Part shown: positions 1 through 10,646 of the stretch, piece by piece
Layout: each line of letters starts with the position of its first letter
Numbering within the stretch: the stretch's first letter is position 1
DNA from: an uncultured delta proteobacterium
GTDB taxonomy: Bacteria; Desulfobacterota; Desulfomonilia; UBA1062
DNA: 64,000 bases
Direction of reading: 5' to 3'
Assembly (NCBI GenBank): GCA_963798485.1
Contig: CAWCTR010000017.1
Span: 160,001 to 224,000 of the forward strand
Translations under genes and position numbers: made by a program
Notes under the pieces: generated by a model
Databases searched by the model: none
What the model was told of the DNA's origin: nothing
The model's input: only the letters and a program-made list of their open reading frames with translations

Positions 1-1
1 G

Positions 2-1864
2 GCGGAGAATGCCTCTATCATGATGCCCACGTCCGACAACTTAAGGCTTGAGATCAAGGCCGCCAAGGGGAGGAAAGATAAAAGAAGCCGTTATTCGGAA
101 GAATCGCTCGGCCAGGTATTCTCCATCGGGGAGGGTATTGCGGGTGTGGCGGCGCTCGGCGGCAAGCCCATCATCATCCACGATACTTCAAAGGATGAAA
201 GGTTCCAGGCCAGGGACAGCAAGATCAATATCGGGTCCATCCTAAGCCTACCCCTCATTTACAACAAGGACGAGCTTGTGGGTGTTCTCAATCTGAGTCA
301 TCCAAAGGCCTTTGCCTTTGAAGACGAGGATCTCCATCTGATCTCCATACTGCTCTCTCCAGCAGCCCTGGCGCTCAGGAATGCCAAGCTTATGAGGGAG
401 GTGGAAGAGATCAATAGAATGCTCAAAGCCGAGCTTTCCATGACAGACAAGGCCATGCTGGAATTCGGTAAGAGCATTCTCAAGGTATTCAACTGGATGT
501 CAATGGGGGTGCTCACCACGGATACAAAGGGCATCATCACCACCATGAACAAGCGGGCGTCCGAGATGATCGGAAAAAGGGCGGGAGAGAGCCTGGCCGA
601 TATTGTCGGCGATACGGTTATACAGAAGATCGTATCCGACAAGGAGGGGGCTACGCTTGATGTTGAGGCCAAGGGAAAGATCTTCAGTTTTGACCTTTCA
701 CCCTTGCCGCTGAAACCGTCCTGGCAGGTGGTGGCATGTATCAGGGACGTAACGCTCGAGCGGTTTAAAGAGAAAGAGCTCGTTCGTGTCAAGGACCAAT
801 ACAAGGACATGGTGGAAAAGGCTATTGACGCCGTCTACATCATCAAGAACGGGCGCTTCCTGCTCGTAAACAGAAAGTTCCAGGAGATGCTCGGCTATGA
901 GCCCGATGAGATCCTGAATAAACATTTCAGGCGCATCGTTGCAAAAGAATCCATCCATGCATTGGCTGATGCGCTCAGGTCACAGAAGGGAAATATATTT
1001 GTGCCAAACCTCGAACTCCAGGCCATACGCAAGGATGGCCAGAGGGTCTATCTTGAGATTTCTATCGGAAGGCTGATGATAGAAGACGATGAGTGTTATG
1101 TAGGGGTAGTCCGCGATATCTCCAGCAAAAAAGAATTGCTCACTTTAAAGACCAGGTTCCTGAATGTAGCCTCCCACGAGATACGTGTGCCTTTAACCGT
1201 GATCAGGGGGTACGGAAGGATGCTGGCCCGCGATAAGGAGTGCGTCCTTAGTGATGGACAGAAAGAGTGCGTTGATGAGATCGAGAAGCAGTGTGAGAAA
1301 CTGCTTCTCTTTTCCAACTCTTTGCTGGATTTTGCAAAGATCCATTCCGAGAAGTTCGTCCTGAATCGGGAGAAGGTCGCTGTCGGTGACTATATTCAAA
1401 GGATAGTCAGGAACATGCAGATCGGCATCCGCGACAAGAAAATAACCATAACCTTCGAGGATACAGGCGGCATTGACACCTTATTCATAGACCCCATCCG
1501 GTTTGAGCAGGCCCTCACGAACCTCATTGATAATGCCGTAAAGCACTCCCCTGAGGCATCCGAGGTAACGGTAAGCATCGGTAAGGCAAAATCCGATAGC
1601 GAGGCACTGAGGATGTTTCTGAACCAGGAGTGCGCCGTTATCTCAGTGCGTGATCAGGGGCCGGGCATCAGGGCCGATGAGGCCAGGGAACTTTTCAGCG
1701 ATTTTTTTGTGGGCGCAAGCGGTAGGGCCAAAGGAGGCATAGGGCTCGGGCTTGCCATTACCAAGGAGATCGTACATGCCCATGGCGGCCAGGTGGAGGC
1801 CAGGGCATCGGATTCGGGTGGATATTTTGTAATCACAATACCCTTGAAGTTGCAGGATTATTAA
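2..1864 (+). CDS. GAF-PAS-PAS sensor histidine kinase (5' end outside the window)
   Basis: Frame is open from the window edge (AENASIMM). GAF region, PAS repeats, H-box ASHEIRVPLT, N-box NLIDNAVKH, G-boxes DQGPGI and GLGLAI. Confidence 0.9.
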   Translation, partial: AENASIMMPTSDNLRLEIKAAKGRKDKRSRYSEESLGQVFSIGEGIAGVAALGGKPIIIHDTSKDERFQARDSKINIGSILSLPLIYNKDELVGVLNLSHPKAFAFEDEDLHLISILLSPAALALRNAKLMREVEEINRMLKAELSMTDKAMLEFGKSILKVFNWMSMGVLTTDTKGIITTMNKRASEMIGKRAGESLADIVGDTVIQKIVSDKEGATLDVEAKGKIFSFDLSPLPLKPSWQVVACIRDVTLERFKEKELVRVKDQYKDMVEKAIDAVYIIKNGRFLLVNRKFQEMLGYEPDEILNKHFRRIVAKESIHALADALRSQKGNIFVPNLELQAIRKDGQRVYLEISIGRLMIEDDECYVGVVRDISSKKELLTLKTRFLNVASHEIRVPLTVIRGYGRMLARDKECVLSDGQKECVDEIEKQCEKLLLFSNSLLDFAKIHSEKFVLNREKVAVGDYIQRIVRNMQIGIRDKKITITFEDTGGIDTLFIDPIRFEQALTNLIDNAVKHSPEASEVTVSIGKAKSDSEALRMFLNQECAVISVRDQGPGIRADEARELFSDFFVGASGRAKGGIGLGLAITKEIVHAHGGQVEARASDSGGYFVITIPLKLQDY

Positions 1865-1900
1865 TGTATTTTGTATCTTGCGATATATAGGGCAAGAATA

Positions 1901-3322
1901 ATGATGAGAGAAAATATCAGGATACTGGTTGTTGATGATGACGAGAGCATACGGAGGTACATCGTCAAGCTGCTTACCCAGGGTGGGTATGATGTCTATG
2001 CGGTTCCAAGCGGCAAAGACGCACTGAAGGAACTGAGGGCAGGCCAGGAATTCTCGCTGGCCATCCTTGATATCCTCATGCCCGACATGGACGGACTGGA
2101 GACGCTCGGTGAAATCAGGAAGATATCCAAGGACCTTCCAATCCTCATGCTTTCCGCCTTGGGGCAGACCACCATTATCGTGAAGGCCATGAAGGCGGGT
2201 GCAACCGATTATCTGGTGAAGCCCTTTGAAGAAGAGGAACTCGAACTTGCCATCACCAAATCCCTGGAAAAGAGAAGGCTGCTCTCCGAGATAACGAGTC
2301 TGAGAAAACAGCTCCGCGTGGATGAGCTCAAGGGCGATTTCATCTATAACAGCCCCAAGATGCAGAAGGTGAAGGACCTCACGGACCAGGTGGCCGAGAC
2401 GGATGTGAGCGTGCTTATCGAGGGTGAGAGCGGCACCGGCAAAGAGCTCGTAGCGCGGGCGCTCCACTACAAATCGCGGTTGAAGGACAAACCCTTTATA
2501 AAGGTCAACTGCGCTGCCTTGCCCCATGAACTCCTGGAGTCGGAACTCTTCGGCTACGAGCGGGGCGCCTTTACCGGGGCATACCGGTCCAAACCCGGCA
2601 AATTCGAGCTTGCCAACAACGGGACGATCTTTCTTGATGAGATAGGCGAAATGGACCTCAGCATCCAGTCCAAACTCCTGCAGGTGCTCCAGGAAGGCAC
2701 CTTTTCACGCCTCGGCGGCAAACAGGACGTTCAGGTGAATGTCCGCATAATAACCGCCACAAACAGAGACTTGAAGAAGGCCATCGAGCAGGGGACCTTC
2801 CGGGAGGACATCTATTATAGACTGAATGTCGTGAGCATTCACATCCCCCCCCTGACCGAAAGGAGAGAGGATATCACCTATCTGTTTGAGTATTTTCTGG
2901 ACACCTACAATGAGAAGTATGGGAAGAACATCCAGGTCAACAAGGAGGACATGTATCCCATGCTGATAGCCTACCAATGGCCGGGAAATGTAAGAGAGCT
3001 GAAGAATCAGGTCAAACGGCTCGTGATCTTGGGAAATATCGAAGAGATGGTCCTTTATTTGAAGGGCGGAAGCAGTATTATTGTGGAGAAGAGGTCTCAG
3101 GATGTCAAGGACCGGGTTCTTGAGATGATTACCCCTAATGATCCGGACGAGATAGTACCGCTCAAGCTTGCAGCCAAGGAGGCAACGGTCAAGGCCGAGA
3201 GGGACATGATCTTGAAGGCGCTGCGTGGAACGAACTGGAACAAAAAGAAGGCGGCCAATCTCCTCCAGGTGAGTTATAAGGCGCTCCTATACAAGATCAA
3301 AGAATGCGGGATCGAGAAATGA
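1901..3322 (+). CDS. Sigma-54-dependent (NtrC-family) response regulator
   Basis: Receiver domain (LVVDDD, DILMPDMDG), Walker A GESGTGKE, GAFTGA loop, WPGNVREL, C-terminal Fis-type HTH. Confidence 0.95.
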   Translation: MMRENIRILVVDDDESIRRYIVKLLTQGGYDVYAVPSGKDALKELRAGQEFSLAILDILMPDMDGLETLGEIRKISKDLPILMLSALGQTTIIVKAMKAGATDYLVKPFEEEELELAITKSLEKRRLLSEITSLRKQLRVDELKGDFIYNSPKMQKVKDLTDQVAETDVSVLIEGESGTGKELVARALHYKSRLKDKPFIKVNCAALPHELLESELFGYERGAFTGAYRSKPGKFELANNGTIFLDEIGEMDLSIQSKLLQVLQEGTFSRLGGKQDVQVNVRIITATNRDLKKAIEQGTFREDIYYRLNVVSIHIPPLTERREDITYLFEYFLDTYNEKYGKNIQVNKEDMYPMLIAYQWPGNVRELKNQVKRLVILGNIEEMVLYLKGGSSIIVEKRSQDVKDRVLEMITPNDPDEIVPLKLAAKEATVKAERDMILKALRGTNWNKKKAANLLQVSYKALLYKIKECGIEK

Positions 3323-3336
3323 AAAGGGGGCTGGCG

Positions 3337-3879
3337 ATGAAAAGGCACCTATGGTGTCTGCTTTTGTATATGCTGATGCCTTTGAGTATGACTGCCCAGG
3401 AATCGAGCTACCTTATCGGGGAATCGGATCTGCTGGAGATATCGGTCTGGGGTGAGCAAAATCTTTCGAGACAGGTAACAGTGAGGACTGATGGTTTTAT
3501 ATCTTTACCGCTTATCGGTGACATCGAGGCTGCCGGGAAGACACCGCCGAAACTGAAATCCGACCTTGAAGCCGGGCTATCGAAATACATCAAGGATCCA
3601 CGATGCGCAGTAATTGTCTTAGAGCCCCGGAGCAAGAGATACTATGTCCAGGGAGAGGTTACCCGTCCCGGTCAGTATACTCTTGATCAACAGCTCTCCC
3701 TTACCCAGATCATCCCCATTGCCGGAGGATTCACCCAGTTTGCCGATAAGGGGTCCATTGTCATTATCCGTATCGAGGGGGAGAAGAAGATAAGGATGGA
3801 AGTCAATTATAAAAAAATACTCAAGGGTAAGAACGAGGACGTCCCCATCAAGCCGGGAGATACCATTATAGTCCCGTGA
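3337..3879 (+). CDS. Polysaccharide biosynthesis/export (Wza/OPX-like) protein
   Basis: Signal peptide, V-R-x-DG-x-ISLPLIG motif, SLBB domain (VQGEV...PG.Y), ends PGDTIIVP. RBS AGGGGG precedes ATG 3337. Confidence 0.9.
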   Translation: MKRHLWCLLLYMLMPLSMTAQESSYLIGESDLLEISVWGEQNLSRQVTVRTDGFISLPLIGDIEAAGKTPPKLKSDLEAGLSKYIKDPRCAVIVLEPRSKRYYVQGEVTRPGQYTLDQQLSLTQIIPIAGGFTQFADKGSIVIIRIEGEKKIRMEVNYKKILKGKNEDVPIKPGDTIIVP

Positions 3880-5096
3880 GGAAGCATGCGCTCCTTGGTA
3901 TCCTTGGCTTGGTTTGCGTCCTGTTGTCAGGACATGATCTTCTGGCCTTTACCTTTGAGGCCCATCCAGGCCTCTATACATCCTATGAATATACGGATAA
4001 CTACCGGGGGACTGTGCAAAATGAGCAGGGTGATAGTATCTATTATATAGGGCCGAGCCTGGGATTAACGTGCACGTCTCCCTCTACGAACTTTGACCTC
4101 ACCGGAAGGTATACCAAGGGTTTTCACTATAGGTTTTCCGAGGACGACAGTCCTGATATAAACCTTATAACACATGCCTCTTTCACAGCACCGCGACAGG
4201 AAACCAGGTTTTCCTATGAGTTTGACCAGACATTGACACGGGAAAGCCTGAACGAGCCCTTTGGCGAGGTAAAGCGAAACATCGGGAGCATCGGCTACAC
4301 TGACGCGCTGACCCAAAATACAAGCATTAGTGCGGGGGGAAATATCCTGACAGAAAAATGGAATAGTGCTGCAGTAGGTGCGCAGGACTTGTTAAACTCG
4401 GGCGGAAATGTAGGTATCACCCATCAATTGAATCCCCTGGACACAATCTCTTTTACGGCGCGGAGAGATTATTACTGCTATGAGATCAACCAGGATGTCA
4501 TAGAAACGAAAGGTACGATGGATATCAAGCATGTTTTATCACCGGTTTTCAGTCTCGGCCTTGGCACTGTCTACAACCATGACGACAGGGGGCATGACCC
4601 CAGTGATGACCGTTATGATGCCAACCTGACGGGGCAATACAAAATGAATCAGTCCACAATGATGAGTGTTACAGGTGGCTACAGCTGGCTTATCATGGAG
4701 CGGCAGGATCGCCAAGCATCCTATATTACGAGCGTATCCCTTGACAAAAGCCTGAAGGAAGACCAATTCCATTTGAGTATTGCAAAGGGATATACTACAG
4801 AATTTACTACCAACTTCTATGGCACCTATGATACTAAAAGTGCTTCGCTCTCCTGGGTAAAACAGTGGGCGCACACATGGTCTTCTTCTACAGGTATTAC
4901 GATTTCTGAGCAAAAACCCACAAAGGGAACAGCAGGCGAGGATGAGACGGATTCCAACGCAAATATCTTGCTTACCTGGAAACCCATTGAATATTTCACA
5001 GGGGACCTTAAATATGAACATCTTCAGACAAAATATAGGACTTCAGGCACAGTACAGGAAAACCGATATACAATGGCAATAGAGGTGAGATATTGA
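3876..5096 (+). CDS. Outer-membrane beta-barrel protein of EPS export locus
   Basis: Signal peptide, amphipathic beta strands, terminal aromatic residue. Lies between the OPX and chain-length genes. Confidence 0.7.
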   Translation: MRKHALLGILGLVCVLLSGHDLLAFTFEAHPGLYTSYEYTDNYRGTVQNEQGDSIYYIGPSLGLTCTSPSTNFDLTGRYTKGFHYRFSEDDSPDINLITHASFTAPRQETRFSYEFDQTLTRESLNEPFGEVKRNIGSIGYTDALTQNTSISAGGNILTEKWNSAAVGAQDLLNSGGNVGITHQLNPLDTISFTARRDYYCYEINQDVIETKGTMDIKHVLSPVFSLGLGTVYNHDDRGHDPSDDRYDANLTGQYKMNQSTMMSVTGGYSWLIMERQDRQASYITSVSLDKSLKEDQFHLSIAKGYTTEFTTNFYGTYDTKSASLSWVKQWAHTWSSSTGITISEQKPTKGTAGEDETDSNANILLTWKPIEYFTGDLKYEHLQTKYRTSGTVQENRYTMAIEVRY

Positions 5097-6628
5097 CAGA
5101 ACAGAAACAGGCCATAGGTATTCAGGATCTCATCGATGCCCTCATCAGGAAATGGTACTGGGTGAGTATGCCGCTGATATTTTTCATCCTGGCAGGGATC
5201 TGGTTTTTTATCGTGACCCCAAGGACCTATGAGGCCACTACCTTGATCCTTGTACAGCCACAGGAGATCCCGAAGAATTATGTTGAGGCAACCGTAAGCT
5301 CCGGGGTGGAAGAACAGGTGAGGACCTTATCCCAGGAGGTCCTTTCCCGGTCGAACCTGGATGCCATCATCAAGGAAATGAACTTGTATACAAGGGAGCG
5401 GGGTAAGGGCACACCCATGGATATTCTGGTTGCCTCACTTCGTAAAAAGATCACCATAATAACGAATGTCGGCCAGCCGGGACAGGTGAGTTCTTTTTCC
5501 ATCGCTTTCAGAGGGGGAAATCCCAAAGAGGTGGCTGATGTGACCAACAGACTGGCATCCTATTTTATTGACAGTAATCTCAAGCTCAGGGAGCGCCAGG
5601 CTACTGAGACCACGGCATTCCTGCAGAAGCAGCTCGAAGAACTGAAGACCTTGCTGACCCAGCAGGAGGCCAAGGTTCAGGAATACCGGAACCGATACCT
5701 CGGAGAGCTCCCTGACCAGCTTACCAGTAACGTTTCCACCATCTCGAGCCTCCAGATGCGCCTTGAATCACTCCAGAGCTCACTTACCGAGGCCATGAAC
5801 CGGAGGCTCACCATACAAAGCCAGCTCTCGAAGGCTGAGGCAGGCACACCTGGTACATCATCGCAGAGAGGACAACGCCTTGCTGATCTAAAAAATCAGC
5901 TTGATGAAATGAAGACAAAGTACACCCCCGATTACCCGGAGATCAAACGGCTTGAGAATCAGATAGCAGAGCTTGAAAAACATCCTGAAAAGTCCGCATC
6001 AGGCCACATGGACCCCCAGGTGGCTGATATGCGTAGCCAGCTTAACAATGCCAATGGTGAAGTGAATATGATCCGCAATGATTTGGACAGGATAAAGACA
6101 CAGGTAGAACATTACCAGGGAAGGGTGGAAGATACCCCCAAGAGAGAGCAGGAACTCGCCGGGCTCACGCGTGATTATAACATTACGCAGCAGAACTACC
6201 AACGGCTCCTGGATAAATATTATGAGGCCAAGCGTGCGGAGGACATGGAAAAGAGGCAGCAGGGTGAACAGTTCAGGGTGGTGGATTATGCCGAGACACC
6301 CCAGACCCCTGTGAGCCCCAATCCGATGAGGATCGCCCTTATCTTCCTTGCCCTTGGTCTTGGGACAGGGGCAGGCATCATCGTGCTGCTCGAGATGTTT
6401 GATACCACGGTCAAGGGGGTCAAGCAGCTTGAGGGCTGGTCCGGCACTATACCCTGCATCACGGCTATCCCTCTGGCCCAGACAGAGAGTGACAAGCATA
6501 AAGAGCGGTTCATGAATATGGTGTTCCTTGGTATAAATGGCGCCATCTTCTTGGTAGGGACAACGATAATAATAATTTCGAAGTTCTCCCATGTTGTCTT
6601 TACCCTGCCGGTGCCCCTCCCATTTTAG
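5093..6628 (+). CDS. Polysaccharide chain-length determinant (GumC/Wzz/Wzc-N family)
   Basis: N-terminal TM plus PRTYEATTLILV, long coiled coil, YTPDYPEI, P-x-x-P-V-S-P before a second TM. Confidence 0.9.
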   Translation: MTEQKQAIGIQDLIDALIRKWYWVSMPLIFFILAGIWFFIVTPRTYEATTLILVQPQEIPKNYVEATVSSGVEEQVRTLSQEVLSRSNLDAIIKEMNLYTRERGKGTPMDILVASLRKKITIITNVGQPGQVSSFSIAFRGGNPKEVADVTNRLASYFIDSNLKLRERQATETTAFLQKQLEELKTLLTQQEAKVQEYRNRYLGELPDQLTSNVSTISSLQMRLESLQSSLTEAMNRRLTIQSQLSKAEAGTPGTSSQRGQRLADLKNQLDEMKTKYTPDYPEIKRLENQIAELEKHPEKSASGHMDPQVADMRSQLNNANGEVNMIRNDLDRIKTQVEHYQGRVEDTPKREQELAGLTRDYNITQQNYQRLLDKYYEAKRAEDMEKRQQGEQFRVVDYAETPQTPVSPNPMRIALIFLALGLGTGAGIIVLLEMFDTTVKGVKQLEGWSGTIPCITAIPLAQTESDKHKERFMNMVFLGINGAIFLVGTTIIIISKFSHVVFTLPVPLPF

Positions 6629-6639
6629 GGGGATGACCC

Positions 6640-8214
6640 ATGTACAGAGAACATTTCGGTCTCAAGCTGAAACCTTTCTCCATCACCCCTGACCCGAAAT
6701 TTCTCTACATGAGCCCGGTTCATAAAGAGGCGTTAGCGCACCTGTTGTATGGACTGAAGGAAGGGAGCGGGTTTGTGGTGATTACCGGGGAGGTGGGCAC
6801 CGGCAAGACCACAATCTTAAATGCCTTTCTGCTGAAGCTCCCGCCTAGAATTCCCAAGGTGGTGATCAAGAATCCCCACATCAATCCCGACAACCTCTAC
6901 TTCCTTTTGGGGGAAGCTATCGGCATGCCTGAGGAGAAGCGTTCCCGCAACTATATCAATGAGTTCGAGGACAGGCTCAAGACCACCGGTGGGGCTGTGC
7001 TCATCGTAGATGAGTCCCAGGGACTCTCTGTTGAGATGCTTGAAGAGATAAGGTTGCTCTCCAATCTGGAGACCGTGCATGAAAAGCTCGTACAGATCAT
7101 GCTATTGGGCCAGCAGGAACTCAATGAAAAGCTGAACAGCTCTCAGCTCAGGCAGCTTAAACAAAGGATCGGGGTAAAATACCACATTCCCCCTTTGGAT
7201 AGCAACGAGACCAAGGACTATATCGACCACCGGCTCAGGGTGGCCGGTTACGAGCCCAGGGAAGAAACCTTGTTTACCTCCTCGGCGCTTGGGGAGATTT
7301 ACCGCTACACCAGGGGGTTTCCAAGGCTCATCAACATTGTCTGCGATAACGTGCTGTTGGCTGCCTACAGCGATGATCTCAACCAGGTGAGTGCCGGCCT
7401 GGTGAAAAAAGTGGTAGGGGGTATGGAAAAGACCTATGCCAGACATACTCCCCCTATGCCTGGCCGACATATGAGTGAGAGAAAGGGCATCAGAGGCCTA
7501 TGGATTGGCTTGACAGCGGCTGCCGCCTTTTTAATTTTTTTCTCAGCGCTGGTTGTTGTTCTGCGCTCGCCGCTCGGGCGAAACATAATGGACAAATCCA
7601 AAGATATGCTGGGGATATCACATGAGACATCATCTTTATCTAATAGGGCAAAAGGACTTTTAAATCCGCTGAACATGAAAGAATCTGAAGGGGCGGCATT
7701 ACAAGACCTGCCGAAAGTATCCATACAGGACCAGGCAGGTGAGGCCGCATCTGTCCCACCGGACATGGGGGAGCAAAAACAAACGAAGGGCGTCACTATG
7801 GCGGTCGGCCCGGGCGACACGGTCGCCAAACTTGCTGCCAGGCATTACGGCAGGGTTGATTCCGTCATCCTGGATATGGTCCGAAAGGCAAACAGCAACC
7901 TGGGGAATATCGACCTGATCTATGAGGGACAAAAGATCAATCTGCCACCCATAACAGATACCACCAGGGTCATATTTACGGTGAGTGTGGCATCTTACCA
8001 TTCCATTAACGAGGCCACGGCAGTGTTTCTCGATCTGGTCAAGAAAGGGTTTAAGGCAACGATCTACCCGCATCTGGACATCCAGGGGAATACCTGGTAC
8101 CGGGTCACTATCGGGGCTTTCAGGGAACAGGACAAAGCGGACGTGTATGCACGGCAGCTCAAGACCCAAGGGTTTTTATATGCAAAATCCGTCAAGGTGA
8201 GCGTGGAGGGATAA
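6640..8214 (+). CDS. ExeA-like AAA ATPase with TM, LysM-like and SPOR domains
   Basis: MYREHFGLKLKPFSITPDP start, GEVGTGKTT, DESQ, GFPRLIN. Then a TM, LysM-like GDTVAKLA...IYEGQKINLP, and SPOR-like WYRVTIGAF. Confidence 0.85.
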   Translation: MYREHFGLKLKPFSITPDPKFLYMSPVHKEALAHLLYGLKEGSGFVVITGEVGTGKTTILNAFLLKLPPRIPKVVIKNPHINPDNLYFLLGEAIGMPEEKRSRNYINEFEDRLKTTGGAVLIVDESQGLSVEMLEEIRLLSNLETVHEKLVQIMLLGQQELNEKLNSSQLRQLKQRIGVKYHIPPLDSNETKDYIDHRLRVAGYEPREETLFTSSALGEIYRYTRGFPRLINIVCDNVLLAAYSDDLNQVSAGLVKKVVGGMEKTYARHTPPMPGRHMSERKGIRGLWIGLTAAAAFLIFFSALVVVLRSPLGRNIMDKSKDMLGISHETSSLSNRAKGLLNPLNMKESEGAALQDLPKVSIQDQAGEAASVPPDMGEQKQTKGVTMAVGPGDTVAKLAARHYGRVDSVILDMVRKANSNLGNIDLIYEGQKINLPPITDTTRVIFTVSVASYHSINEATAVFLDLVKKGFKATIYPHLDIQGNTWYRVTIGAFREQDKADVYARQLKTQGFLYAKSVKVSVEG

Positions 8215-8217
8215 ACG

Positions 8218-8982
8218 GTGCACATCTTAAAGGCATTGGAGAAACAGGATCAGGGATTCGTCAAGGAGAACGGCGCTTCCGGTCCGCTTGATGATCACCT
8301 CTACATGCACCATATGCCCTATTCCTATACGGCAGAGCAGATCAGGAAGCTCAGGACCTACATCTTCCATATGGCCGACAGGCCTATGCCGAGGGTGATT
8401 ATGGTTACGAGCGCACTCCCCGGAGAAGGCAAAACTCTCATTTCATCAAACCTGGCCATTGCTATTGCAAAGGGGGAGGACCAGCAGGTGCTGCTTGTGG
8501 ACTGTGACCTCAGGAAACCATCGCTGCATGAGCTCTTCAAATATCCCCCCTCTCTAGGGGTGAGTGAAATCATACAGGGCAAGGCTGATATATCGGAGTG
8601 TCTTTTATCAACCCCCATAGAAAATCTTACTATTCTACCGGCTGCAAAAGAACCTCCGGCAAACCCTTCGGAGCTGCTTGAATCAAAAAAGACCGGCGCA
8701 CTCATTAAAGACCTGGCAGACCGCGACGGCAACTGGTTCATCATCATCGACTCGCCACCCATACAGGCCACAGTGGACCCAAAGATCCTGGCTGATGTGG
8801 TGGAGGGGATCATTATGGTAATAAGGTACCGGTATACCACGGAGGCTGAATTCAAGATGGCGCTTGAAGCCCTGCCAAAGGAGAAGGTCCTCGGCACGGT
8901 ATTAAATGCCGTGGATGAGCTCCCTGTAAAGAAATATAAGTATAATAAGTACAAATATTACAAGAACTACTACAATCGATAG
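8218..8982 (+). CDS. CpsD/CapB-family BY tyrosine kinase
   Basis: Walker A PGEGKT, A' LLVDCDLR, B IIIDSPP, C-terminal Tyr cluster KYKYNKYKYYKNYY. Confidence 0.93.
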   Translation: MHILKALEKQDQGFVKENGASGPLDDHLYMHHMPYSYTAEQIRKLRTYIFHMADRPMPRVIMVTSALPGEGKTLISSNLAIAIAKGEDQQVLLVDCDLRKPSLHELFKYPPSLGVSEIIQGKADISECLLSTPIENLTILPAAKEPPANPSELLESKKTGALIKDLADRDGNWFIIIDSPPIQATVDPKILADVVEGIIMVIRYRYTTEAEFKMALEALPKEKVLGTVLNAVDELPVKKYKYNKYKYYKNYYNR

Positions 8983-9057
8983 TAAGTTTTCATGTCTAAG
9001 GCGAATGTATACCTTTGTATATTGTGATAGCTCGGGGGTATATGGTAGACTCCATCA

Positions 9058-9744
9058 ATGCCGAAGAGCATCTTTTCCCACCTCTTTCCGGCCCGGTGCC
9101 TTGTCTGCGGGGCTTACTCAATAGATATCCGGCTTGGAGTGTGTGTTGGGTGCGTCAGTCGGATCAGGCCCATGCCGAGGCCTGTCTGCACCGTCTGTGG
9201 TGATCCGACAGGCACTGAGGGTGTGTGCCTGCGTTGCCTGATCGCACCGCCCCCTTTTGATCGGATGATAAGTGCTTTTATCTTTGAAGGACCCATCAAG
9301 GATATCATCCATTCCTTCAAATATGCTCATGCCACCTATTATAAAAAATATCTGGCACAGGTCCTGTTTGATATGATTAAGGCTGAGGGCGAGGCATGTG
9401 ACGTGGTCACCTTTGTTCCCCTGCATTGGACCAGGATGATTTTACGAGGCTATAACCAGGCTGCCCTTATCGCCGGGGAACTTGCAGGTTTGCTGGGACT
9501 TACCGTAAACTACAGCGCCCTGAAAAAGACGCGCGGAACACCCCCGCAGGTGGGATTGCGTAAGCAAGAACGCAAAATGAACGTGAGGGGTGCATTTCGT
9601 GCCTCCGGGGTTCGAGACAAGGCGGTCCTGGTTGTGGATGACGTAGTGACAACAGGGCAAACCGCCCGCGAGGTTTCAAATGCACTGAAAAAGACAGGCG
9701 CAAGGTATGTGCTCTTTGCCAGCGTCGGGAGGATCGTGCAGTGA
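9058..9744 (+). CDS. comF: ComF family protein (double zinc ribbon + phosphoribosyltransferase)
   Basis: Four CxxC pairs, RGYNQA, VVDDVVTTG. Confidence 0.88.
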   Translation: MPKSIFSHLFPARCLVCGAYSIDIRLGVCVGCVSRIRPMPRPVCTVCGDPTGTEGVCLRCLIAPPPFDRMISAFIFEGPIKDIIHSFKYAHATYYKKYLAQVLFDMIKAEGEACDVVTFVPLHWTRMILRGYNQAALIAGELAGLLGLTVNYSALKKTRGTPPQVGLRKQERKMNVRGAFRASGVRDKAVLVVDDVVTTGQTAREVSNALKKTGARYVLFASVGRIVQ

Positions 9745-10646
9745 TTCCTTTAAGGCAGCCGGGCAAAAAAAACCCGAGATATCTGGAGGACATCACCTAT
9801 TCCATAGCAACGAAAGCGGAAAAGCTCGAAGATCTCTTATCGTCAAACAATCTCTTCATGGGGAAGTATGATGATAACAAGATGATGGCCAAGCTCGACC
9901 GTGCAGGCATCATCGGCATCCTCAGCAAGAAGGGGTATCGAAATCTTGTGGTGAGCATCATCAGGTCCGACGACTATACATCCAGGCTCTATGTGAATCT
10001 CGACTCTCAGGAGAAAGAGACGCGGCTCATAGAGCTTATCGTGCGTGAAGGTGTCTTTAAGCCCAGGGAGGACTTCATACCCTCATACGATTTTTCATCA
10101 GGGCTTTCCATGCTGCTCATCGAATGGGTTGCCTTGCAGGACCCGAAGGCCTCCTTCAGCCATGAAAAGCCCAGATTGCCCGGCCAGCAGTATCCAGGGA
10201 TCGGAGGACTCAAGAATATGCAGGAACTCCTCTATCATCTTTGTAAATCATCAGGCAAGGACGCCATTGTGGATGTCCCTGAATACTTCCATTCTGCCGC
10301 CATCTATTCCCGCATGTATACCGAGATCTATGACCGGATATATGCCTTCTTCTCCCCTGTAGACGCCGGGATTATGCAGGCCATGCTCAGGGACCTCACA
10401 GGCAGGTCGCTGGCGGATATTTCTTTTGCAGTGGCCTTTGATTGTCTTCTCGATGCCCGTACAGGCAAGGGTGTCAAATGGAGGACCTCCGAGCAGATCT
10501 ATCCCATTTCCAGGAAGCTTAAAAATTATGTGGAAGATGACCAGTACAAGAGAATAGTCATTAAGACCATGGAAGAGCATTCTTATGCCATAGACTGGGA
10601 CAGATTTGAACAAATCAAGGCCCATGGATTGATAGATGAGTTATAG
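9741..10646 (+). CDS. Conserved hypothetical protein
   Basis: 301-aa ORF translationally coupled to comF. Motif IEWVALQDP...[11 protein letters not shown]. Confidence 0.75.
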   Translation: MIPLRQPGKKNPRYLEDITYSIATKAEKLEDLLSSNNLFMGKYDDNKMMAKLDRAGIIGILSKKGYRNLVVSIIRSDDYTSRLYVNLDSQEKETRLIELIVREGVFKPREDFIPSYDFSSGLSMLLIEWVALQDPKASFSHEKPRLPGQQYPGIGGLKNMQELLYHLCKSSGKDAIVDVPEYFHSAAIYSRMYTEIYDRIYAFFSPVDAGIMQAMLRDLTGRSLADISFAVAFDCLLDARTGKGVKWRTSEQIYPISRKLKNYVEDDQYKRIVIKTMEEHSYAIDWDRFEQIKAHGLIDEL

